Below, in pieces: positions 8,978 through 17,310 of a stretch of DNA of 64,000 nt (the first letter of the stretch is position 1; each line of letters starts with the position of its first letter). A model generated the notes under the pieces. It searched no databases. It had not been told where the DNA came from and saw only the letters and a list, made by a program, of their open reading frames with translations. The translations under genes and the position numbers were made by a program. Source of the stretch: Candidatus Poribacteria bacterium (GTDB lineage: Bacteria; Poribacteria; WGA-4E; WGA-3G); assembly GCA_965215265.1 (NCBI GenBank), contig OZ244048.1, positions 3,584,001 to 3,648,000 on the forward strand, written 5' to 3'.

Positions 8978-9260
8978 TATCTTCTCTCTCTGCGATGGAA
9001 CACTGCCTGCTTGCCTACAGCGTTGTGCCGGAGTTCTCTTACCCACGAGGTTCACTCAAGTTTAACACAAATTGGTTGTACGTGTCAAGGATTTTTCGCA
9101 TTCGCATTTACCGTGACTTTGGGCAACTAATGTGGTATACTACTAGCAATTGTCTCATCGCTTCGGTATGGGCTCGCAGCGCGACAAGCAGTTTGCCCGC
9201 GCTCTCGGTTCTGATGAGATGCCTTTTACATACAAAATTTTAGTCTATGGAGTTTAATTT

Positions 9261-10199
9261 TTGATGAAAAACGAATGGGTTGTTTATGAAGGAAACGAGG
9301 GACCCGGAAAAGGGAAGCATATTGTGCTTGTCAGCGGCGATGAGGAGTATCGCTCTGAAGAGGCCCTGCCGATGCTCGGCAAGGTGTTAGCAATTCACCA
9401 TGGATTTCGATGCACGGTGTTATTCGCCATTAATCCGGAAACCGGTGAAATTGATCCAGAGACGCAGACGAATATCCCAGGACTACATCATCTGGAATCC
9501 GCTGATATGATGGTGTTGTTTACACGGTTCCGCGAGTTACCGGATGAACAGATGAAATATATCGTGGATTATACCAACGCTGGCAAACCGGTAATGGGTT
9601 TGCGCACCGCTACGCACGCTTTTAGTTATTCACGGAACTTGGAGAGTCCGTACGCTAAATATAGCCATAATAACAAAGCGTTTGAAGGCGGTTACGGCCG
9701 CCAAGTGCTTGGTGAGACATGGGTTAACCACCACGGACACCACGGCAAAGAGAGTGCACGCGGTGTAATTGATGCAGCCATGAAAACCCATCCTATCCTC
9801 AAAGGTGTGGAGGATATCTGGGGACCGTCGGATGTCTACGGTATTACGGAATTGACAGGCGATGCACAGGTGCTCGTCCACGGCCAAGTCCTCGTCGGAA
9901 TGGAGCCGACGGATGCTCCGAAACCGGATACACCAACGATGCCGATGGCATGGATTAAAACTTATACCGGCGAAGAAGGCAACACATCACGTGTGTTTTG
10001 CACTACGATGGGAGCTTCGGTAGATTTGGAGAGCGAAGGTCTTCGCCGGCTCCTCATCAACGGTTGTTACTGGTGTATGGAGATGGAGGACGAAATTCCT
10101 GAAAAAAGTGTTGTTGATTATGTCCAAGATTACACACCGATGTTCTTTGGCTTCGGGACCTTTAAGCGCGGGATCCGCCCGGCGGACTATCAACTTTAG
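9261..10199 (+). CDS. ThuA-like (class I glutamine amidotransferase fold) protein
   Basis: GKHIVLVSGDEEYRSEE, GLRTATHAF and RVFCTTMGA motifs. Confidence 0.75.
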   Translation: MMKNEWVVYEGNEGPGKGKHIVLVSGDEEYRSEEALPMLGKVLAIHHGFRCTVLFAINPETGEIDPETQTNIPGLHHLESADMMVLFTRFRELPDEQMKYIVDYTNAGKPVMGLRTATHAFSYSRNLESPYAKYSHNNKAFEGGYGRQVLGETWVNHHGHHGKESARGVIDAAMKTHPILKGVEDIWGPSDVYGITELTGDAQVLVHGQVLVGMEPTDAPKPDTPTMPMAWIKTYTGEEGNTSRVFCTTMGASVDLESEGLRRLLINGCYWCMEMEDEIPEKSVVDYVQDYTPMFFGFGTFKRGIRPADYQL

Positions 10200-10296
10200 G
10201 TTTCCAATCAAAAGATAACTTGTAACTATTGTCGTGTAAACTACTCCTTTGCACATATTGTCAGGACAGGAAAGGTTTCCCCTGATTCAAACTTGC

Positions 10297-10320
10297 GGCG
10301 GATCTTCGTATCCGCCTACC
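10297..10320 (-). repeat. GTAG-type REP-like palindrome
   Basis: Minus strand GGTAGGCGGAT-ACGAAG-ATCCGCC. Confidence 0.55.
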
Positions 10321-10328
10321 AACTTACG

Positions 10329-10481
10329 TTATAGCAAATTTTAGAATGGCTTATACATTCGACAACGCAGACTGAACCGATAGGCAGCAAGTACAGCGAG
10401 GTTGCAAACCGTGTCTATTGGGTAAGGATTGTCCGCGGTGCCATGATGTCAGTGTATAAATAATTGTAGATTTTACTATAA
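10329..10481. mobile_element. MITE-like element (~150 bp) with TATAG termini
   Basis: 31-bp imperfect terminal inverted repeats, TTATAGCAAATTTTAGAATGGCTTATACATT versus the reverse complement of the right end TTATAGTAAAATCTACAATTATTTATACACT; TA at both ends. Confidence 0.6.
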
Positions 10482-10503
10482 AAGACAATTGGAGTTGAAA
10501 ATC

Positions 10504-11613
10504 ATGCTAAATAAAAAAAGACTTCAAGCCGCGCAGCTACTTATGCAACAACAAGGAATTGATGCCTATCTGATTCTAACCCACGATGACTACATCTACT
10601 TTTTCGGCGAGGACCGGTACCAACCGCGGGCAATTGTACCAGCAAGAGGCATGCCTATTATTGTCACCTTTACCGGAGAAGAAGATGAGGTCAGGGAATC
10701 TCTGGGTGTGGAAGATGTGCGCATTTTTGGTTCTGTCGGGCAGCAAATCAAAGATGTCGTTCAAGTGATGCGTCAGATGAAAGGTCAAAAAGAGACATTG
10801 ACTATTGGTGTGCAGATGTGGTTTTCGACACCTGCCTTCCTTTTAAATCTGTTTCAAAAAGCGAACCCTTACGTTGAAGTTGTTGACATCGCTCCAGTGA
10901 TGGACGAGCTCCGGATGGTGAAGGATGCCGGTGAAGTTGCTCTGATGCAGCGTGCTGCCGAAATTGCTGGCATCGGCATGGAAGCAGCAGTGAAGAACCT
11001 CAAGGCCGGTGTAACAGAAAACGAGGTTGCGGCCGAAGTGGAATACGCGATGCGAAAATCAGGCGGACACGGTGTAGCAACCCCGGTGTTCGTTAACTCA
11101 GGGATTCGTTCCGGATGGTTACACGGTACCGCGACAGATAAACGAATAGAACCCGGAGATTTAATCGTTCTCGACTTAGTCCCGCGTTACAAAGGCTATT
11201 GTGCGAATCTGTGCCGCACCTTTGTTGTTGGGACTCCAACCGCAAAGCAGCAGGAGATGTTCGACACCTACAAACGCGCGCAAGCAGCAGGACGAGAGGC
11301 ACTAAAACCGGGCGCGCGGGTACGGGACATGGATGCAGCAGCGAAGAAAGTTTATGAAGAAGCAGGCTATGGTGAATTCTATGTTGCAGGAATTGGCCAC
11401 AGTATTGGGTTAATGTTTGAAGAGGCACCGGCTCCAACGATTCACCCCGGCGACTCCGGGATTCAGATTCGTGAGGGCATGACAGTGACGGTGGGGCATC
11501 CGGTGCTTTCTGTACCTGGAGTCGGTGGGGTTCGATTAGAGGACACCTTCCACATTTCAGAAGGTGCCGCTCAACCACTCACGAATTTCCGAACAGATTT
11601 CCAGGTTGGCTGA
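10504..11613 (+). CDS. M24 (Xaa-Pro peptidase/creatinase) family protein
   Basis: Creatinase-like N-terminal domain; LRMVKD..E, GHSIG, GGVRLED; GGAG ribosome-binding site before ATG 10504. Confidence 0.8.
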   Translation: MLNKKRLQAAQLLMQQQGIDAYLILTHDDYIYFFGEDRYQPRAIVPARGMPIIVTFTGEEDEVRESLGVEDVRIFGSVGQQIKDVVQVMRQMKGQKETLTIGVQMWFSTPAFLLNLFQKANPYVEVVDIAPVMDELRMVKDAGEVALMQRAAEIAGIGMEAAVKNLKAGVTENEVAAEVEYAMRKSGGHGVATPVFVNSGIRSGWLHGTATDKRIEPGDLIVLDLVPRYKGYCANLCRTFVVGTPTAKQQEMFDTYKRAQAAGREALKPGARVRDMDAAAKKVYEEAGYGEFYVAGIGHSIGLMFEEAPAPTIHPGDSGIQIREGMTVTVGHPVLSVPGVGGVRLEDTFHISEGAAQPLTNFRTDFQVG

Positions 11614-11645
11614 TGGTTCTTCTACAAAGCGACAGGACGCGCCGG

Positions 11646-12410
11646 TTATAGTGAAAGGATCCCACCTTCAATCAGCATCGGCGCGCCTGTCATATATTTG
11701 GATTCATCAGAGGCTAAATAAACAGCTGCCCAAGCGATGTCTTCGGGTTCTCCAATGCCTAAAGGATGCATCTCTTCAATCTCTCTATTTACCGCGTCCG
11801 GATCTGGCTGCTGCGCTAAGAATTCTTGATAGAGCTCGGTGTTAATAGTGCCGGGGCAGAGACTGTTGACACGGATATTATCTTCAGCATATCGAACGGC
11901 CATGCTCCGAGTGAGATGTACAACAGCTGCTTTGGAAGAAGTGTAGGCTGGATGCATAGGGAATCCGACGTAGGCAGACTCACTCCCCATATTAATAATA
12001 GTACCACCGCCTGCTTCGCGCATCAACGGAATGATGGCACGCGAGACAAGGTAGATACTCTTAACGTTGACGGCGTATTGACGTTCCCAGTCGTCTTCAG
12101 AAATCTGCTCTAGTTCTCCTACCACAGCAATGCCCGCGTTATTAAAAAGGACGTTGGGCATCCCCAATTCTGATTGGACGTGGGCAGCGGCACGTTCAAT
12201 CTGTACTGCATCGGTTACATCGCAGTGGCAAAAAATCGCTTTGCCGCCTTGGGCTTGAATCTGCTGTGTGGTTTCTTGCCCGCGTTCTGCGTGAAGATCC
12301 CAGAGAGCTACAGCGGCCCCTTCTTGTGCGAAAAACTGCGCGCTCTTCGCACCGATGCCACGGGCGGCTCCGGTAATAATAGCAATTTTATTTTTTAATC
12401 GATTCGGCAT
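11646..12410 (-). CDS. SDR family oxidoreductase
   Basis: TGAARGIG, NNAG, YTSSK. Confidence 0.9.
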   Translation of the reverse strand: MPNRLKNKIAIITGAARGIGAKSAQFFAQEGAAVALWDLHAERGQETTQQIQAQGGKAIFCHCDVTDAVQIERAAAHVQSELGMPNVLFNNAGIAVVGELEQISEDDWERQYAVNVKSIYLVSRAIIPLMREAGGGTIINMGSESAYVGFPMHPAYTSSKAAVVHLTRSMAVRYAEDNIRVNSLCPGTINTELYQEFLAQQPDPDAVNREIEEMHPLGIGEPEDIAWAAVYLASDESKYMTGAPMLIEGGILSL

Positions 12411-12424
12411 GTTTCGTCGGTTCT

Positions 12425-13252
12425 CTAAAGGCTTTGCAACAAGGTGACCCACCGTTTCCATGCTGCTTTCGTGGCGGTTTTCTGCGTTTCGCTCGCATCC
12501 TCAGCCATACCGCGTCTCAAGAAAGCATGCCCAACGTTTTCGTAAATGACAGGTTCATAGGTAACTTCTGCTGCATCGGCTGCTGCTTTAGTGGCATCAA
12601 TTGTTGCGTTGATACGGTTATCACTTTCGCCATAAAACCCGTAGACGGGAGCGGAGAGCTTCGGAATGTCCGCCTCTGGCGGTGCCGAACCGTAAAAGAC
12701 AAAGGCCCCGGCGATCTCATCAGAATGAACAGCGAAACGGAAGGTCTGGGCGCCTCCCCAACAGAACCCGGAAACTGCGACCTTTTGGTTCGTTGCAGGC
12801 AAGCCGCGGACATAGGTTAGCACGGCATCCAGATCTGATTTAACTTGAGCTGCAGGGAGTTCTCGGATAGTTCGCCGGACATCGTCTCCGGAGTTGAAAC
12901 TTTCTGTTCCGCCGCCGTCCGGGCCCATACCAGAAAGCAGATCAGGACAAATCGCGACGTATCCTTCAGCAGCAAGCCTATCTGCAACCAGACGGATCCA
13001 ATCTGTAAGGCCGAAGATCTCATGAATTACAATGACAGAAGTGGCAGCTTCCTTAACCTCTGGATAAACAACAAAGGCGTTGACATTGCGTGCATCGGAT
13101 GCCGTTATTTTCACCCATTCTCCGTGCCGCGGCGATTTTTCGAGCTCTGTCTTTACGTTATCAGCTGCTACGTTGGTTGGGTGCAAGATACTGATTCCAA
13201 CAATACCGACCAGAATAATGTTTAACATTGTGGTTTCTAACTCCTTAAACAC
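12425..13252 (-). CDS. Dienelactone hydrolase family protein (secreted)
   Basis: HEIFGL, GFCWGG, GHAF; N-terminal hydrophobic segment. Confidence 0.85.
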   Translation of the reverse strand: MFKELETTMLNIILVGIVGISILHPTNVAADNVKTELEKSPRHGEWVKITASDARNVNAFVVYPEVKEAATSVIVIHEIFGLTDWIRLVADRLAAEGYVAICPDLLSGMGPDGGGTESFNSGDDVRRTIRELPAAQVKSDLDAVLTYVRGLPATNQKVAVSGFCWGGAQTFRFAVHSDEIAGAFVFYGSAPPEADIPKLSAPVYGFYGESDNRINATIDATKAAADAAEVTYEPVIYENVGHAFLRRGMAEDASETQKTATKAAWKRWVTLLQSL

Positions 13253-13264
13253 AGTTTTCTCCTT

Positions 13265-14380
13265 TTACTTCTTTTTTGTGATGTGAATGATAGATTCTAT
13301 TACCTTCAGCATTTCATGAGCAGGCATCTCACTGAGTAGGAAGAAGTCAATATCTCCGCTAGCCCAACCGAAGGCGTGTGTCAAACCCCGCTCGTGTTTA
13401 TACACAGTCGTCCCGCTCAGTTCAAGCGTCCGCCAGCCTTTCCGCGGTTCACCACTCCAGCGAGTTGGGGGCTGTGTCGTTTCAAACAGTGAAAACCCCA
13501 ACAATCCATCTGTATAGATAAGATAGACTGTCGCTTTCCGGTCTTTGATGACCTGCACATCTTGAAGTTGGAACCCCATCGGTAAATAGTCCGGCTGAAC
13601 GAGTTCGCACTTGAGTCGTGATTCCGCTTCGTCAAGTGAAATTGATTGGTTCCGTCTTGGCTCGGGTTTTATCTCTTGTTCATGTGCCTCCCACTTATGT
13701 TTCATCGTTTCAGGTTCGAAACTAATCCAGGTGTAGACAAACATTTCTCGAAGTGTATCTTCAGAGTCCAGATCCTTCACCTGTAATATAATCCCGTTTT
13801 CACGTGCAAAGGAGATATATTTGGTAGGTCTGCCGGGGAGTTTTGGCGTAATAATTAAAAGGTCAGTTTCATAGTCTGCAATTTTTTCGTCAGAGGTTCG
13901 CGTTTCTAAGTGGTAGTTTTTCGCAATGAGTTCAATCTCTTTTGTAGAAAATTGGCTCCTGTCGCGTCTCCATCTATGGAATTCTCGGTTTCTATTTCTT
14001 CTCGAGCTTTCATTATCGGATTCGTCACCTCTCCGGTTCCTACTTCTTCTACGGTTATTTTCAGCGTTTCCCTCTCGTTGCTGTTTACGAGTACGCTCAG
14101 GTTTGCCGGACTTCCGTTCTCCAACGACATCCAGGACTTTTTTGTAGGAAGATTCTGCAGATTTATGGATGACGAATTCAGTCATTGTGAGTGCTCCGCG
14201 CGATGTACTGGTTGTCTTGAGGCGGACACCTACATAACCGATTTCGCGTTCGGCTTTAGCAATACGGTCCAGTGTAGCAATATCAGCAAACAGACTAAAC
14301 GGAAAAGTTAAAATAAAAAAACAGCTGAGATGTAAATACTTAAGCATTTTGTGTTGCCTGTTAGAAAGATTTTGGAACAC
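13265..14380 (-). CDS. MucB/RseB-like periplasmic regulator (DUF4367-like C-terminus)
   Basis: Signal peptide; PDYLPMGF and YTDGLLGFSLFE motifs; third gene after the sigma and anti-sigma. Confidence 0.65.
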   Translation of the reverse strand: MFQNLSNRQHKMLKYLHLSCFFILTFPFSLFADIATLDRIAKAEREIGYVGVRLKTTSTSRGALTMTEFVIHKSAESSYKKVLDVVGERKSGKPERTRKQQREGNAENNRRRSRNRRGDESDNESSRRNRNREFHRWRRDRSQFSTKEIELIAKNYHLETRTSDEKIADYETDLLIITPKLPGRPTKYISFARENGIILQVKDLDSEDTLREMFVYTWISFEPETMKHKWEAHEQEIKPEPRRNQSISLDEAESRLKCELVQPDYLPMGFQLQDVQVIKDRKATVYLIYTDGLLGFSLFETTQPPTRWSGEPRKGWRTLELSGTTVYKHERGLTHAFGWASGDIDFFLLSEMPAHEMLKVIESIIHITKKK

Positions 14381-14962
14381 TTAATCGCCTAAATAGAGAT
14401 CAAGAAATAATTCGGTATCGTCTACGGTGTCCAGAGTAGAGACTGGGGTACTAATCAAGGGCATGCCAACGTTTGACTTAAGTGGATTTCCTGAGATCTG
14501 CTCGGTATGAATCCCGAAGTAAACATCAAGCGCGTCTTCATAGTGTGGAGTAGTCGGATAAAAGTAGAGGAATCCTAAAAGCAGTGCAAGTGTCAAAACC
14601 CCAGTCGCGCCTGCCGTTAGGGGGCGGAAGTACCAGGGCCTTGTGCCGCATGCTGCCTTTGTACAATCTATCAAGTAGCGGGCAGTTCGCCTCAGTGAGC
14701 CGGTTAACCATTCAAAACGTGAAAAACCGTCAGTAGCGGCTGGTGCCGTTTGTGCGCGAATGTGTGCCATCACTGCGTCCTTAATCGGTGGAGCTGGATG
14801 GACGAGCGATGCGAACTGTCGACGGTTCTTCTGAAACGCCGATAACATATCTCGACACTCGCTACAAACAAGGAGGTGTTCTTCAACATGCGCCTGCATA
14901 ACGGGCGTTAATTCATCATCTAAATAGGCTGATAATTGGTTCTGAATCCGTTTATGGTTCAT
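14381..14962 (-). CDS. Zinc-finger (zf-HC2) transmembrane anti-sigma factor
   Basis: LSAYLDDEL...HLLVCSEC plus a TM helix; follows the ECF sigma gene. Confidence 0.85.
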   Translation of the reverse strand: MNHKRIQNQLSAYLDDELTPVMQAHVEEHLLVCSECRDMLSAFQKNRRQFASLVHPAPPIKDAVMAHIRAQTAPAATDGFSRFEWLTGSLRRTARYLIDCTKAACGTRPWYFRPLTAGATGVLTLALLLGFLYFYPTTPHYEDALDVYFGIHTEQISGNPLKSNVGMPLISTPVSTLDTVDDTELFLDLYLGD

Positions 14963-14978
14963 ATCTTTGTACCATTCG

Positions 14979-15617
14979 TTACCAATCAACTTTTTCCAAT
15001 TCTGCTTTTAGTGCTTTTCGGGCTTCGTGCAGTCGAGATTTGACCCGTCCCAACGTACATCCGAGGATTTCGGAGATTTCTTGATAGGAAAGTTCGCGAA
15101 GTTCCCTCAAAACCAAGATGGTTCTATGGCTCTCCTTCAGTTTTGCCAGGGCGGCGTGAACGATTTCCCGGGCTTCTGCACGGAGTACCAAGTCCTCCGG
15201 AGTCTCCCTGTGAAGTGGTACCCATGGCTGGGTATCGTCAATTTCCATAGGGTCCGTTTTTCGGCGCTGGTACTGATCGGTTAGATTAAGTGCCTTATTT
15301 TTTACAATTCGGTAGAGCCATGTAGAAAAGCGGGAGCGGAACTTAAACCGCCCAATGTTTTCCCACACAGAGAGGAACGCATCCTGTGTGACATCTTGCG
15401 CGTCCTCGTGATGCCCGAGAATCCCGTAAGCGATATTGTAAGCCCAATGTTGATATCGAATCACAAGGATTTCCATCGCGTTTGCATCGCCATCTTGGCA
15501 CCGCAAAACGAGCTCACGTTCCTGTTCAAGGTCAAGATTATCTTGGGCATCCTGTTTAGAGATTGCTCCTACCTCTGAGTAAGTATCCATATCCGCTGTT
15601 AGGATTGCAATAGACAT
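14979..15617 (-). CDS. rpoE: ECF sigma factor (RpoE-like)
   Basis: DAQDVTQDAF, FSTWLYRI, LSYQEISEILGCTLGRVKSRLHEAR. Confidence 0.85.
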   Translation of the reverse strand: MSIAILTADMDTYSEVGAISKQDAQDNLDLEQERELVLRCQDGDANAMEILVIRYQHWAYNIAYGILGHHEDAQDVTQDAFLSVWENIGRFKFRSRFSTWLYRIVKNKALNLTDQYQRRKTDPMEIDDTQPWVPLHRETPEDLVLRAEAREIVHAALAKLKESHRTILVLRELRELSYQEISEILGCTLGRVKSRLHEARKALKAELEKVDW

Positions 15618-15667
15618 TTTCCCTCCGGAAGCGGTAGTGCTTCATCTGAAATTTGCTTTTAGTGCAG

Positions 15668-15694
15668 TTAGACAGCAGTAAAAATAAAAGGTTC
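15668..15694 (-). promoter_or_regulatory. SigmaE-type autoregulatory promoter
   Basis: Minus strand GAACCT-N16-TCTAA, about 50 nt upstream of the ECF sigma gene. Confidence 0.75.
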
Positions 15695-15707
15695 GTTTTT
15701 TAGTACA

Positions 15708-17279
15708 CTACCATCGATGTGTCCGAAAAGGTGATGCTGGCAATCCTGCGTTGTTTATCAAATTCGGTTCTGCAGTATGATGCCAACCGAACCTCACAGC
15801 AACCGGATGCAGAACAGTGTCACTTGAAACAACGATTGTATTTCCATCAATCGTTGCGACGGCTTCAACGAAATGTTTGTCCTGACCGGCAATCTCGAAA
15901 CGTGTGAGTGGTTCTCCATCACGGCTCATTAAGCCGCCGGTAGCATAGTCGAAAAGAATCCGGATAGTGTTGTTTTCGACCTTCATCGACTTATAAAGTG
16001 GTCCGGAATAGGTAATATCCGTTCGATTGTACGTTTTAGCAAGTGCGAACAGTGCGAGCCTCCTGCCGACCGCCTGCTTATTTCTTGGATGAATATCTTT
16101 GGGATTTCCGATATCTGTTGTCACTGCCATGCCTGTATGTGGGACAGTGGCCCATGTCGCTGTTTGTGCCTCCCAAATTTCTGGAAGCAGAAACGGACTG
16201 ACATCCCATCCGCTATAATCGTACGGGGCTAGCTGCACAAAATAGAAAGGGAATTCACCTTGTCGCCAGACTTTCCGCCACCCGGTAATGAGTGCCTTCA
16301 TCTTCTCATGGTACATCATGCTGTCTCTGAGATTCGATTCTCCTTGATACCAAATTGCACCGCGTATTGCAAAAGGCACCAATGGATGCACCATGCCGTT
16401 GTAGAGCCCCGTCGGCCGTGCGTGATGTGCTAGCGGATGTCTGTTTTCAGGCATCGGAACAGTGACATCTCCTGCTGCTAACGCCTCACGGGTTTCTGCT
16501 ATCCATGCTTCGATAGCCTTAATTTTCCTTGGAAGTTCCTTCCGGTACGTATACGTAGCATTATTTGTCTGAACCTCCTTAGCGACGGATTCAAGTGCGG
16601 GTACCGTCTGAAAACCGATAAGCGGTGTCCACGGTTCGATACGCGTACCGCCCCAAGATGTGTTAATTAAGCCGATTGGTACATTGAGATTTTCGTAGAG
16701 TTTTCTGCCAAAATAGTAGGCAACAGCAGAGAAATTTTCTATTGTCTCAGGTGTCGTGAGGTGCCATTTAGCGTTGACATCGTACATAGCGAGTCCAGAC
16801 GGTTTGTGCGGTACATCAAAGAGTCGAATCATCGGGTAGATTGCAGCGGCAATTTCTGTGTCACTGTCCTTTGAGGCTCTGACTGGCCATTCCATGTTTG
16901 ATTGTCCAGAGCACACCCATACTTCACCGAAAAGGACATTCTCATACACAAGCGCATTCGTCGCAGCGACATGAAGGGTGTAAGGTCCGCCCGCGGGTGT
17001 AACTGGAAGCGTAACTTGCCATTTGCCCTTCGCGTCAGCAGTGGTTGTGGTGTTATAAGTCGCTTCTGCATCACTACCTTGTAATGTTACGGTAACCTCT
17101 TCACCGGCAGCAGCCCAGCCCCAAATAGGGACGGGGACATCACGTTGTAGTACCATGTTATCGCTGATAACGTTTGGTAGTGTCACCTCGGCGTGTACTA
17201 AGGTTTGCAAGGATAGGAATACGCAACCGAGCAGCAATATTATGGATATCTGTCCCGGAATAATTATTCGTCGTTTCAT
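15708..17279 (-). CDS. Sialate O-acetylesterase (SGNH family)
   Basis: GEVWVCSGQSNM, WGGT, WYQGESN, DIHPRNK; start taken at MKRRIII (signal peptide). Confidence 0.9.
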   Translation of the reverse strand: MKRRIIIPGQISIILLLGCVFLSLQTLVHAEVTLPNVISDNMVLQRDVPVPIWGWAAAGEEVTVTLQGSDAEATYNTTTTADAKGKWQVTLPVTPAGGPYTLHVAATNALVYENVLFGEVWVCSGQSNMEWPVRASKDSDTEIAAAIYPMIRLFDVPHKPSGLAMYDVNAKWHLTTPETIENFSAVAYYFGRKLYENLNVPIGLINTSWGGTRIEPWTPLIGFQTVPALESVAKEVQTNNATYTYRKELPRKIKAIEAWIAETREALAAGDVTVPMPENRHPLAHHARPTGLYNGMVHPLVPFAIRGAIWYQGESNLRDSMMYHEKMKALITGWRKVWRQGEFPFYFVQLAPYDYSGWDVSPFLLPEIWEAQTATWATVPHTGMAVTTDIGNPKDIHPRNKQAVGRRLALFALAKTYNRTDITYSGPLYKSMKVENNTIRILFDYATGGLMSRDGEPLTRFEIAGQDKHFVEAVATIDGNTIVVSSDTVLHPVAVRFGWHHTAEPNLINNAGLPASPFRTHRW

Positions 17280-17310
17280 TTTCTTCTCCTTAGATTGCAA
17301 AAAAATCGAG

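Noticed and set aside
8796-9120. Lysine riboswitch upstream of aspartate kinase
   Set aside because: No L-box signature is visible; the region is better explained by the Uma2-like remnant.
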